A stretch of 64,000 bases of DNA, taken from contig SCSX01000068.1 in NCBI GenBank assembly GCA_004297825.1, forward strand, positions 28,651-92,650. Reading direction: 5' to 3'. This document shows positions 44,013 to 53,659 of the stretch, piece by piece (within the stretch, counting starts at the first letter, position 1; every line of letters begins with the position of its first letter). The translations under genes and the position numbers were made by a program. The stretch is from Spirochaetota bacterium. Its GTDB lineage: Bacteria > Spirochaetota > UBA4802 > UBA5368. Below the pieces are notes generated by a model. It worked only from the letters and a program-made list of their open reading frames with translations, searched no databases and was not told the DNA's origin.

Positions 44013-45464
44013 ATGAATCGATCCGCCACCGCAGCGCTCGTCTTCGCGCTCTCCATTTTCACCGCACCCGCGCTCACCGCAAAGGAGATGACCATACTCG
44101 TGCACCCGTTCGAAAACACCGGCGACCAGGCGTACTCGTGGATATCCGCGGGCATGACCTCGTCCGTGGTCTCGGACCTGGGGAAGATCCAGGACGTCAC
44201 CGTCATCTCCGAACCGGACAGGAAGAAGGCGGTGGACGAAATCCAGCTGGGACTTACCGGGCTCGTGGACGAGCAGAAGGCCGTGAAGGTGGGCAGGGTG
44301 CTGGGCGCCAACCTCATCTTCTCCGGGAACTACCTGGTCGCGGGGACCCAGGTGCGCGTGAACGCCGTGCTCATCGACGTGGAAAAGGGGAGCGTCCAGA
44401 AATCGGTGAAGGTGGACGGCACCCTGGGCGGCATCTTCGATCTTCAAGACCGAATCGTCTTCGCGCTCATGGCCGAGACGGAGAAGGTGAAGATCGCGGA
44501 CGTGAAACCCGTCAGGTTCACCGACGACGAGAAGAAGAAGATCGAAACCGCCGAAAAGCCCAGCTTTTCCGCCTACGAGCTCTACGCGAAGGGATTGCAG
44601 GTGCGCGGCTCGAACCCGCGCACCGCGCTCGATTATTTCAAGAAGGCGCTCGAACAGCAGCCGGACTACCTGGCCGCGCTGGGCGAGGCGGGCTATACCG
44701 CGGGGAGCGTCCTGAACCTTTTCGCGGAAGGCCTGGGATACCTCGAGAGGGCCGATGCGCTTTTCGTCAAGAGGGCGGGGACGAACACCCGGGAATACGC
44801 GAATCTCATGGCGAGGACAGGCCTCGTGTACAAGGAGATGGACAAACTCGACAAGGCCCTCGAGTGCTACGCGAAATCGAGGGATATCAGAGACACCTTG
44901 GGGCTGCAGAATACGAGCGGCTACGCGGCCCTTATGACCAATACGGGAAGCGCGTACTGGAAAAAGGGGCAGTACGACAAGGCGCTCGAATTATACGGTA
45001 TTTCCGAAAAAATAAAGGACTCCCTCGGGGAACAGAAAACCAGCGGGTACGCGGCCCTGCTGACGAATATCGGATTGGTCTACGCGGGCAAAAAACAGCC
45101 GGACACGGCGATGGAGTATTATATCCGCGCGCGGGAAATCCGGGACGCCCTGGCGCTTCAAAAAACCGACTCGTACGCGGTCCTGCTCTCGGCAATCGGC
45201 AGCGTCTATTTCCACAAGGGCGCCTATGACCAGGCCCGGGAAAACTATGTCCGCGCGCAGGAGATCAGGGACGCCCTGGGACTCGCGGATACCACCGACT
45301 ACGCGGGACTGCTGTTTAATATCGGCCTGACCGGCGAAAAGCAGGGGAACAAGGAGCTTGCGGGCCAGTATTTCCGCAAAGCCTACGACACGTACGTGAA
45401 GACCGGCTACACGGGCGCGAACAGGGACAGGGCGCTCAAAAACGCCGAGAGACTGGGACATTAA
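44013..45464 (+). CDS. Exported TolB-N/CsgG-like domain protein with about 6-7 tetratricopeptide (TPR_12-like) repeats
   Basis: 483-aa ORF with a signal peptide. The N-terminal ILVHPFENTGDQAYSWISAGMTSSVVSDL...LIFSGNYLVAGTQVRVNAVLIDVEKG fits a periplasmic scaffold fold. It is followed by regular ~42-aa repeats (YAALMTNTGSAYWKKGQYDKALELY... and others). Confidence 0.85.
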   Translation: MNRSATAALVFALSIFTAPALTAKEMTILVHPFENTGDQAYSWISAGMTSSVVSDLGKIQDVTVISEPDRKKAVDEIQLGLTGLVDEQKAVKVGRVLGANLIFSGNYLVAGTQVRVNAVLIDVEKGSVQKSVKVDGTLGGIFDLQDRIVFALMAETEKVKIADVKPVRFTDDEKKKIETAEKPSFSAYELYAKGLQVRGSNPRTALDYFKKALEQQPDYLAALGEAGYTAGSVLNLFAEGLGYLERADALFVKRAGTNTREYANLMARTGLVYKEMDKLDKALECYAKSRDIRDTLGLQNTSGYAALMTNTGSAYWKKGQYDKALELYGISEKIKDSLGEQKTSGYAALLTNIGLVYAGKKQPDTAMEYYIRAREIRDALALQKTDSYAVLLSAIGSVYFHKGAYDQARENYVRAQEIRDALGLADTTDYAGLLFNIGLTGEKQGNKELAGQYFRKAYDTYVKTGYTGANRDRALKNAERLGH

Positions 45465-45489
45465 TACAAGAGGCGCGCGAGAGGATGTC

Positions 45490-46011
45490 ATGATCGAGAC
45501 CATACGGCTATTCGCCGCTTACAACAGGAAGGCAGACGCGAAGATGATGGGTATCCTCGCGGGGCTGCCAGACGAAGCGCTCCTGAAAGACACGGGGACG
45601 TTCTTCAAGTCCATTTCCGGAACGCTCCACCACCTCGCGTGGGCCGAGATCATCTGGCTCAACAGGATTCGCGGGCTCATCACGTACGCGTGCATCGAGA
45701 ACAGCGGGCTCGCGGACGTCCCGGACGCGGAGCTCAACGCGATGACCGGCGCGAACTGCCGCGCCCTCTTCCCGCTCAAGGAGAAACTGGACGATCTCTA
45801 TGTCGCGATCGCCGCGGAAACGAAGGCCGAGGACCTCACGCGCCGGTTCCGGTACAAGAACATCATGGGCAAAGAGACCGAGAAGACCTACTGGCACATG
45901 CTCATGCACGTGTTCAACCACGGGACCCATCACCGGGGCTCGATCTCCGCGATGCTCGACATGCTGAAGATCGACAATGACTACTCGGGAATACTGTTAC
46001 ACACGAACTGA
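45490..46011 (+). CDS. DinB-family protein
   Basis: 173-aa ORF. AYNRKADAKMMGIL...LHHLAWAEIIWLNR...HVFNHGTHHRGSISAML gives the His triad pattern of the DinB/YfiT fold. Confidence 0.8.
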   Translation: MIETIRLFAAYNRKADAKMMGILAGLPDEALLKDTGTFFKSISGTLHHLAWAEIIWLNRIRGLITYACIENSGLADVPDAELNAMTGANCRALFPLKEKLDDLYVAIAAETKAEDLTRRFRYKNIMGKETEKTYWHMLMHVFNHGTHHRGSISAMLDMLKIDNDYSGILLHTN

Positions 46012-46043
46012 GGCGCACGATTCCGGAAGGGGGGACATCGATC

Positions 46044-46796
46044 ATGGACATGGAACTGAAAGAAAAATTCTTATCCGGCTGGAAAAAATATTTCGGTGAG
46101 GTCGAGCTGCCGATCGTGTGCTGGTTCGGGAACGATAAGGGAACGGCCGCGAAGGCGGCGACCCCGAAGGGCTGGAGCTGCCTCATCGCCGACCTCGCGC
46201 GCGTGCGCCGGGGCGAGTCGCTCTCGTTCGGGAAGGAGGCGGTCGCCTGCGGCGGCGCGCGGCGCTACCTGGGCTATGCCGAACAGATACGCCCTAAATT
46301 CGAGTACTTCCTCTCCTGCGGCATCCCGAACGAGATGGAGGGAGAGCGCTACAAGAGAACGCCGGAGATCGTGCTCGAGACGCAGAAACACCTCGCGCAC
46401 CTTCCCGCCGACGACCGTCCCCTCGTCTTCAAGCGCTGGGACAACCTGGTCGATCGCGACGATCCGGAGATCGTGATCTTCTTCGCGAAGCCCGACGTGC
46501 TCTCGGGCCTTTTCACGCTCGCGAATTTCGACCGGGTTGAACCCAACGGCGTATTCTGCCCCTTCGCGCCGGGATGCGGCTCGATCGTCCACTTTCCCTG
46601 GCTCGAAATGAACGCGGAAAGCCCCCGCGCCGTGATCGGCATGTTCGACGTTTCGGCGCGTCCCTGTGTTCCGGCCGGCACCCTCACGTTCGCGGTTCCC
46701 CTGGGCCTGTTCGCGAAGATGGTCGGCTGCATGGACGAGAGCTTTCTCATAACGGGCTCGTGGGACAAGGTGCGCAGAAGGATCGGGAAGGAGTGA
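46044..46796 (+). CDS. DUF169-family protein
   Basis: 250-aa ORF. Its size and motifs (WSCLIADLARVRRGESL...VACGGARRYLGY, PGCGSIV) fit my recollection of DUF169 (COG2043). Confidence 0.6.
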   Translation: MDMELKEKFLSGWKKYFGEVELPIVCWFGNDKGTAAKAATPKGWSCLIADLARVRRGESLSFGKEAVACGGARRYLGYAEQIRPKFEYFLSCGIPNEMEGERYKRTPEIVLETQKHLAHLPADDRPLVFKRWDNLVDRDDPEIVIFFAKPDVLSGLFTLANFDRVEPNGVFCPFAPGCGSIVHFPWLEMNAESPRAVIGMFDVSARPCVPAGTLTFAVPLGLFAKMVGCMDESFLITGSWDKVRRRIGKE

Positions 46797-46832
46797 ATCG
46801 GCCCCCCCGTAAAATATTCGAGGTGATTTCCA

Positions 46833-48359
46833 GTGGGCATTAAAAAGAAAGAGTTCCGCGTCGAGCGCCGTTATGCGGACGGCACCGCGGCGGAGCCGCA
46901 GATACACAGGATCGACGGGATCGACGCGGACTGGAACATGGGACGCCGCGACTTCCTTGCCACGACCGCCCTGGGCGTCGCGGCGCTGGGCGTACTGGGC
47001 GCGTCCGGGTGCTCTTCCACCGGCACGACCGACACCGGGACCGTGCCCTTTTCCGGGGAATGCGCCGGGGGGCTCAAATCGCACCCGGACGCGATCACGG
47101 GATTCATCGTCCATCCCGACGGGGAGATGCTCCTCTCCGCCTCGACCACGCAGGTGGCGGCCTGGGAGCTCCCCTCCGGGAAGCCGCTCGAGTCCGTGGC
47201 GGAACTGAGCAGGGTGAACGCCATCGCGCTCTCGTCGGACGGAAAGACCCTCGCCGCGGGCGGCGACGGATATCCGTTTCTGTTCGACCTCCCCTCGATG
47301 AAAGCCCGCCTGATCCTGACGCCCAACGCCACGACCCTGACGGACCTGGCGTTCACCCCGGACGGAAAGATACTGGTCGCCGCTCCCCGGACAGGCCCCG
47401 TCATCTTCTACCCGATGTCGGGGGACAAGGAGCGCGTCACCGAGGATCCCCTGTCCCGTCCCTCGTTCTCATTCAAGCCCCGCGACAAGACCGTAACCGG
47501 GATCAAGATTTCGCCTGACGGTACGGTGCTCGCGGCCTTGCACCGTGATATGACTATCTCCCTCATCGGGATCCCCTCCGGAAAAATCGTGCAGATTATC
47601 ACCGATACGCCCGACGCGTGTTCGACGATGACGATTTCACCCGACGGGGCCACGCTCGTCGCGGGATTCCAGGACAAGTCGCTGCGCACGTACGCGCTTC
47701 CCTCCGGAAAAAGGCTCCTTGAATCCAGGGGACTCGAGGGGCAGGTGAACGCGCTCGCATGGTCACCGGACGGCAGGATACTCGCCGCCGGGGTCTCCTC
47801 CCCCGGCAACGGGATCATGCTCTTCCGTCCCGGTGAGGCGAAGCCCTATTCCGTCATGAAGGCCCATACGGATTCGGTGAACTCGCTCGCCTTCACTCCC
47901 GACGGCAGGACGCTCGTCTCCGGGTCCCGGGACGGAACCCTGCTCGCCTGGAACCCGGCCACGGGCGCGCTCCTGAAAACGCTCCCCGGTCACGCCGGCG
48001 GCGTGTCGAGGCTCGCCGTATCGCCCGACGGCGAGACAGTCGTCTCGGCGGGGGGCGATTCACAAATAAAAAGCTGGTCGCTCAAGTCCGGTGCGCAGAT
48101 AGCGTGCTTTTTCGGCCCGGCCTCGCTTTCGGAAAAGGAGACCGCGAAGGTTTTCAGGAAGAAAAACGAATCCGGCGAAACCGCCTTCTATTCCGTCTCC
48201 TCCGAAACAAAGCTTCCCGGCGGTTCGGTGTGCACGTGCAACACCGTGAAGGGCACGCTCAAGACACCCGCCGCGGAGCGTCCTTACGGCGGGGACACGG
48301 GCGGGGGACGGGGCTACTGCACCTGCAACAAGATCTGCACCTGCGTGCCGGTGAAATAG
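46833..48359 (+). CDS. Tat-signal WD40/beta-propeller lipoprotein with a Cys-rich C-terminal tail
   Basis: 508-aa ORF. The GTG start at 46833 has a GAGGTG RBS, and an alternative ATG lies at 46938. It has the twin-arginine motif GRRDFLATTALGVAALGVLGASGCSS. About 8 WD40-like blades follow (LAFTPDGKILVAA, ISPDGTVLAAL, LAWSPDGRILAAG, LAFTPDGRTLVSGSRDGTLLAWN, LAVSPDGETVVSAGGDSQIKSW). The tail reads CTCNTVKG...YCTCNKICTCVPVK. Confidence 0.85.
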   Translation: MGIKKKEFRVERRYADGTAAEPQIHRIDGIDADWNMGRRDFLATTALGVAALGVLGASGCSSTGTTDTGTVPFSGECAGGLKSHPDAITGFIVHPDGEMLLSASTTQVAAWELPSGKPLESVAELSRVNAIALSSDGKTLAAGGDGYPFLFDLPSMKARLILTPNATTLTDLAFTPDGKILVAAPRTGPVIFYPMSGDKERVTEDPLSRPSFSFKPRDKTVTGIKISPDGTVLAALHRDMTISLIGIPSGKIVQIITDTPDACSTMTISPDGATLVAGFQDKSLRTYALPSGKRLLESRGLEGQVNALAWSPDGRILAAGVSSPGNGIMLFRPGEAKPYSVMKAHTDSVNSLAFTPDGRTLVSGSRDGTLLAWNPATGALLKTLPGHAGGVSRLAVSPDGETVVSAGGDSQIKSWSLKSGAQIACFFGPASLSEKETAKVFRKKNESGETAFYSVSSETKLPGGSVCTCNTVKGTLKTPAAERPYGGDTGGGRGYCTCNKICTCVPVK

Positions 48360-48581
48360 CGCGTGATTGCATCGCATGTGTGACGGTGTCGCATGTTACC
48401 TGGCGCGGTCGAAGCGCGCACCTGCGGGGTTCACCGGGAACCGGGGCCGGGCGTATCGGACCCCCTCTTCCGCGTCCATGAGCATGCGCGGAAGGCGTTC
48501 AACGGGAGAGCGCCCGCGTAAAGATTTGACATTGCTATGCGATAGCTTCATACTATAAAAAACATCGCGAGGTATCGACGC

Positions 48582-49088
48582 ATGGGCACCATCGAACAGA
48601 TGCACGGCTGCATGGCCGATTATTTTTCCGCCGAGAAGACCGAAAGCCTTATCTTCGTGCTGGTCGGGATGACGGCGATCACCGCGTCCGCGCTCCTGTA
48701 TCTCAAGGCGCCCTCGTTCCGCGGCATGATCATCCCGCTGGTGCTCATCGCCCTCATCCAGATCGCGGTGGGCGGCGCCGTCTACCTGCGCACGGACGCC
48801 CAGGTCGCGGGCCTTTCCCGCCAGCTCGACGCGGACCCCGCCGCCTGCAAGGCCGCCGAGGTCCCGCGCATGGAGGCAGTGATGCGGGCGTTCACGACCT
48901 ACAAGCTCATCGAGATCGCGCTCCTTGCCGCAGGCATCGCCCTCACCTTCGTATTCCGGAGGAATGATTTCTGGTATTCCATGGGGATCGGTCTCATCAT
49001 CCAGCCTTCCTTCATGCTCGTCCTGGACCTCCTGGCCGAGCGGCGGGGCGAGGCGTACCTGGAGTGCCTGAAGCAGCTCCTGGCCTGA
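48582..49088 (+). CDS. Small membrane protein (4 predicted helices), unknown function
   Basis: 168-aa ORF with hydrophobic segments LIFVLVGMTAITASALLY, IIPLVLIALIQIAVGGAVY, LIEIALLAAGIALTFVF and IGLIIQPSFMLVLDLL. Confidence 0.55.
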   Translation: MGTIEQMHGCMADYFSAEKTESLIFVLVGMTAITASALLYLKAPSFRGMIIPLVLIALIQIAVGGAVYLRTDAQVAGLSRQLDADPAACKAAEVPRMEAVMRAFTTYKLIEIALLAAGIALTFVFRRNDFWYSMGIGLIIQPSFMLVLDLLAERRGEAYLECLKQLLA

Positions 49089-49097
49089 TACGCCTCC

Positions 49098-50327
49098 ATG
49101 CACGATCATGACGCGATAATAATCGGCGCGGGACCCGCGGGACTCTTCTGCGCGCTCAGGTGCGCCGCGGCGGGACTTCGCGTCCTCGTGCTGGAAAAAA
49201 ATCCCGCCGCGGGGAAGAAGCTCCTCGTCTCCGGCTCCGGAAGGTGCAACATCACGCACGCGGGCCCTATCGATGACTTCCCGGCCCATTACGGGGAGCG
49301 CGCCAGGTTCGTCAAGCCCGCGCTCTTCGATTTCACCAACGCGGACCTTGAAAACTTCTTCGCCGGTCGCGGCGTCGCGATGACCGAGACGCCCGGCGGA
49401 AAAATATTTCCGGCCTCGCAGGACGCGCACGACGTGCTCGGGGCGCTCCTCGCGGAATGCGCGCGCACGGGCGCGATCCTGTCCCTGGGCGCGCCCGTGA
49501 AATACGTGCAGGCCGCGCACACCGGGTTCCAGGTTGCCGCGGGGGACGCGGCACACCGGTCGTCGAGCGTGGTCATCGCGACGGGCGGGAAATCCTATCC
49601 GGCGACCGGGTCCACCGGGGACGGCTACGCGCTCGCACGGCGCCTGGGCCATTCGATCGTTGAGCCGGAGCCCGCGCTCGCGCCCGTTATCGTGCGCGAT
49701 TACGCGTTCGTGGAGTGCGCGGGCATTTCGCTCGACCAGGCGCCCCTCGCGCTCATGCGGGGCGGGCGCACGATCAGGGAGGCGCGCGGCGACGTCCTCT
49801 TCACGCACCGCGGCCTCTCGGGCCCCGGCGTGCTCGACATGAGCCGCTCGGTGCTCCCCGGGGACACGATCACCGTCGCGCTTGCAGGCGTATCGGCGAG
49901 TGCGCTGGACGAGGCCCTCACCGGGGCCTGTGCGCCGATGGGCAGGAAGTCGCTCAAGTACTGCGTGAGCGGGATGGGCGTCCCGGAGCGGCTGGCGATA
50001 TCGGCGCTCGCGGCCTCGGGAATAGCCCCGGACCTGCGCATGGCGCAGCTGGACAAGAGGACGCGCGCCCTGGTCGCGGAACGCATGGGCGCGTTCCCCT
50101 TTTCAATCGAGCGACTGGGCGGATGGAACGAGGCGATGGTGACGCGCGGAGGGATTCCCGTCACCGAGATCCACAAGGGCAGCATGGAGTCGCGCCTGGT
50201 GCCGGGCCTTTTTTTCGCGGGCGAGGTGATCGACGTGGACGGCGACACCGGGGGCTACAATCTGCAATTCGCGTTCTCCTCCGGGGCGCTCGCCGCGAAG
50301 GGAATCGTTAAGGCGCTGGGGCGCTGA
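49098..50327 (+). CDS. HI0933/YhiN/BaiN-family FAD-dependent oxidoreductase
   Basis: 409-aa ORF with DAIIIGAGPAGLFCA (dinucleotide fold), LVSGSGRCNITH, and the C-terminal GEVIDVDGDTGGYNLQFAFSSG that is characteristic of this family. Confidence 0.85.
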   Translation: MHDHDAIIIGAGPAGLFCALRCAAAGLRVLVLEKNPAAGKKLLVSGSGRCNITHAGPIDDFPAHYGERARFVKPALFDFTNADLENFFAGRGVAMTETPGGKIFPASQDAHDVLGALLAECARTGAILSLGAPVKYVQAAHTGFQVAAGDAAHRSSSVVIATGGKSYPATGSTGDGYALARRLGHSIVEPEPALAPVIVRDYAFVECAGISLDQAPLALMRGGRTIREARGDVLFTHRGLSGPGVLDMSRSVLPGDTITVALAGVSASALDEALTGACAPMGRKSLKYCVSGMGVPERLAISALAASGIAPDLRMAQLDKRTRALVAERMGAFPFSIERLGGWNEAMVTRGGIPVTEIHKGSMESRLVPGLFFAGEVIDVDGDTGGYNLQFAFSSGALAAKGIVKALGR

Positions 50328-50460
50328 TGCGCGGGATGGTTTTTCGAGGATGCGAGCGGTGCGGGAATTTCCTTGTTGACATCCGGGCGCGCTCAATAAC
50401 CTTTTTTTGGAGAAATAGCATCGAGTCGCACAACGATCGGGATTCCCCCGGGAGGCATTA

Positions 50461-51147
50461 ATGAAGAAAAAAATCACCGTAGCACTGTCCCTCCTGGGGG
50501 CGCTTGTCCTGACCTGGTTCATTATCGACGCCTTCACCGGGAACAGGCTCACCGAAACCTTCGACCGGATCTACACCGAGGGCCGGTGGGGAAAGGACGC
50601 CCAGGACCGCGGCACGAGCGGCACGGGCTCGACCGTCGAGATCACGCGCGAGTACCGCGCATGGATCGAGGAATTCATCCGGAAGAACAAGGTGGCCTCG
50701 GTGGTGGACGCGGGCTGCGGCGACTGGAATTTTTCAAGGCTCATCGACTGGGGCGGCGCGCGCTACCTGGGTATCGACATATCGAACGTGGTGATCGAGC
50801 GGTTGAAGAAAAATTACCGCGGAGACCGCTTCGAATTCCAAATGGGAGACATCACCGGGGACCTTCCCGCGGCGGACCTGCTTATCTGCAAGGACGTGCT
50901 GCAGCACCTGCCCAACGAGCTCGTGAAAAAATTCATACGGAACAATTTGAAGAAGGGAAAATACCGGTGGGCGCTCATCACCAACGACGCCCTCACGGCG
51001 GACGGGAACAAGGACATAAATATCGGCGATTACCGGCGCATCGATCTCTCACGCCCGCCCTTCGATGTGCGGGGCCTCGTCGACCTCCCGGTTAAATTCG
51101 GAAACGAGTCCACGAAGAAGGCGCAACTCCTGAAACTCGGCGACTGA
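50461..51147 (+). CDS. Membrane-anchored class I SAM-dependent methyltransferase
   Basis: 228-aa ORF with an N-terminal TM helix and the SAM motif I VVDAGCGDWNF, followed by YLGIDIS and LLICKDVLQHL. Confidence 0.8.
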   Translation: MKKKITVALSLLGALVLTWFIIDAFTGNRLTETFDRIYTEGRWGKDAQDRGTSGTGSTVEITREYRAWIEEFIRKNKVASVVDAGCGDWNFSRLIDWGGARYLGIDISNVVIERLKKNYRGDRFEFQMGDITGDLPAADLLICKDVLQHLPNELVKKFIRNNLKKGKYRWALITNDALTADGNKDINIGDYRRIDLSRPPFDVRGLVDLPVKFGNESTKKAQLLKLGD

Positions 51148-51156
51148 GTCCCGGCG

Positions 51157-52272
51157 CTATTGTCCGGGCGCGCCGGCGGGCGCGGCCAGGCTTTCCAGGT
51201 ATTCCGTGTAATGCACCTCGCCGATCGAGTCCATGTTCACGATCTCGCACCCGACCCGGTAGATCGTGTTTTTCATTATGCTGATATTGCGCACCTCGCA
51301 GAGCATGTTCGACTGCCTCCCTCCCGGGAGGAACATCGCGAACACCATCTGGCTCCCGTCCTTGAAATACTTTATGAGGGGCCTGTCCCGGAAAAAAATG
51401 CCCATACCGCTCGCCGATAAATCGGTCACCGCGATTTTTTCCTCGGAGCCCTTGATGAGCTGCCTGTCGTTGGTCATCACCGTGGAGATCGACATCCCGA
51501 GCTTTTTCATCGCGGCGAAGTCCTCGTCCCCGAACCTGTCGGCTCCGTTCACCTGGAGATACCCGAACGGAAGCATGAGCCGGTAGAGGAAGGGGACCGC
51601 GATTTCCGACACGAGCTTCACGGATTTTTCCTCCGGTTCATTGGGAAGGATGCGCGTAAGGTAAAACGTGCCCGGCGGTTCCGCCGCGAGCCCCTCGCGG
51701 TCATCCAGGTTATTGATGAAGAGGGGAACACGTTCTTTCCGGAAGTATTCCATCCTTCCGTCACCCGGCTTTTCGTTCACCAGGTATACCCGAGACGCGG
51801 GGAAACCGCTCCCTATCTTCTTTAATATGCTGTCCTTGAAGATTTCGATCTTCTTCCGGTTGTTCGAAAGGCTTTCACGTAGAATGAAATCGCTCACGAT
51901 GTTCGATATATACGCGGGCTCGCGTCCGGGATTCTGGGCGCCGGCGACCTGCCTGCGGTCTTCCCGGCGGGGGGCCTGGAGTATCTGCACGTCGACCGGG
52001 TGGAAGCGGTACTGGCCGTCCTCGTCGCGGGAGAGAAGCTTCGCGTGGGTGAAGAAAACCTCCTCGCCGTGCCGGACGTAAAAGAGGGGGTTATTCAATT
52101 CCCCTCCCGGTTCGCTTAATTTCACGAGAAGCTCGCCTTCCGAATAATGGAAGGACTCGACCTGGATGTTGAGACCGGAGGTTTTGATGAAGACGTTTCC
52201 GCGCATGAAAACGCGGGCGAATATGCCACCAAACAGGGATTTATCGGTTATGAGCTTTGCCTCGGCCGTCAT
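51157..52272 (-). CDS. Putative PilZ-domain protein (function tentative)
   Basis: 371-aa ORF. The C-terminal IAVTDLSASGMGIFF...MLCEVRNI...YRVGCEIV fits the DxSxxG half of the PilZ beta-barrel. I could not find a canonical RxxxR. Confidence 0.45.
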   Translation of the reverse strand: MTAEAKLITDKSLFGGIFARVFMRGNVFIKTSGLNIQVESFHYSEGELLVKLSEPGGELNNPLFYVRHGEEVFFTHAKLLSRDEDGQYRFHPVDVQILQAPRREDRRQVAGAQNPGREPAYISNIVSDFILRESLSNNRKKIEIFKDSILKKIGSGFPASRVYLVNEKPGDGRMEYFRKERVPLFINNLDDREGLAAEPPGTFYLTRILPNEPEEKSVKLVSEIAVPFLYRLMLPFGYLQVNGADRFGDEDFAAMKKLGMSISTVMTNDRQLIKGSEEKIAVTDLSASGMGIFFRDRPLIKYFKDGSQMVFAMFLPGGRQSNMLCEVRNISIMKNTIYRVGCEIVNMDSIGEVHYTEYLESLAAPAGAPGQ

Positions 52273-52441
52273 GGTCCTCCGTTCCCCGGGCGCGCTCCGT
52301 TCCAGCCCTCTTCAGAATGCCGCTTTTCCGGGAACCGGCGTACTCCCCCGCGCCGCCCCGAATGCCGCCTCCCGGGCTTCCTCATCAATATACTGCCGGT
52401 GCGGGGACAAAGTCAACGGCGCGCGCGCACCGTTAGGCGCG

Positions 52442-53347
52442 CTAGTGCGCGTCCCCGATCTTTCCGATCCTGTCGGCGATGCGCGCCGCGGCGGGCACGC
52501 GTCCCGATGACGCCGCAAACGATGCAAAGGAGGCGACAACAGGCAGGATCATGCTCACCGGGCATTCCACCATTCCCGGAAGGATCTCGAGGCAGCAGTC
52601 CGCCGCGCGTCGGGCGGTCCACTCGGCCGGAGCGAGCAGGAAGTATTCGTACATGACCTTGCCGAACATCGTTACGATGTCCCGGGCGTGCTCCCGCTGC
52701 GCGGGATCCAGGTCCCTGAAATAGCTGCTCGCGGAGAATTTTGCGTACAGGCCCTCGACGGCCTCCCGCGCGCGGGCGAACGCCTCGTCCGAGTACTCGC
52801 CTACGGTTTCTTCTTCCTCGTCATCCTCCGCCGTATCGTCGACCTTCTCGGGCAGGAGAAGCGAGTCCACGATCGTCTTTACGTGCATGACGGCGACGGG
52901 CAGCATCTCCTCCCGGACATTCCCCGCGTAACCCGCGGGACGGTCCGTGACAAGAGCCACCAGGAAGGTCATGAGCATGGGCTGTTCGTTGAAATCGGCG
53001 AGCATGCCCGCGAGGGACATCTCGTCCCCGTCGTCGGGAAGCTCCTCACGGTCCCCGTCCTCGATGAGCTCCAGGTTCGCCTCCAGGCGCGCATCCAGGT
53101 GGTGTGCGCTCACCTTCTCCCCGGCGCCTGTCGTTTTTTTGATTACATACCATGCAACGGCAGAGACATTGCACAGCAGGGTCCGCTCGTCGCCGTTGAA
53201 CTCGTCGGACTCGGCGTCCCTGAGGTACTGGAAGATGTTCGGCTGTTCCTTGCGCATCATCTTGAGCAGATGTATGAACGGCTCCTCGGCCTCCTGGGAG
53301 AGAACCTCAAGGATCGTGTCGATATCATGTTCTGTTATAAGGTCCAT
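52442..53347 (-). CDS. Acidic hypothetical protein
   Basis: 301-aa ORF with coding-like composition and long D/E-rich stretches (EDGDREELPDDGDE, DDTAEDDEEEETVGE). No family recognised. Confidence 0.55.
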   Translation of the reverse strand: MDLITEHDIDTILEVLSQEAEEPFIHLLKMMRKEQPNIFQYLRDAESDEFNGDERTLLCNVSAVAWYVIKKTTGAGEKVSAHHLDARLEANLELIEDGDREELPDDGDEMSLAGMLADFNEQPMLMTFLVALVTDRPAGYAGNVREEMLPVAVMHVKTIVDSLLLPEKVDDTAEDDEEEETVGEYSDEAFARAREAVEGLYAKFSASSYFRDLDPAQREHARDIVTMFGKVMYEYFLLAPAEWTARRAADCCLEILPGMVECPVSMILPVVASFASFAASSGRVPAAARIADRIGKIGDAH

Positions 53348-53659
53348 GGCCGCCCGTACGCATTTAATGGGGTATCCCCGTATTCAATATACCAATCCCT
53401 CGCGATTATGTCACGCCGCGGGGGCCGGTTCACTGCATCCCCCCGCCCGGCTGCGACATGATCTTCTCCTGCACGAAGGCGAATGGAAGCGAACAGTGTA
53501 TAGAATTGCGCGGGGATGTCAAGCATGTATGCGGGGTCACGGGGACACGCACGGCGGATGTGAATAATTATACGGTAGTGTGAAATTAACCGGGAGCCTG
53601 ACTCACCCGGCGGGGGATCGGGGGCCGATACGCTTGTTCGGCAGGCCGGGTGCCGCACC

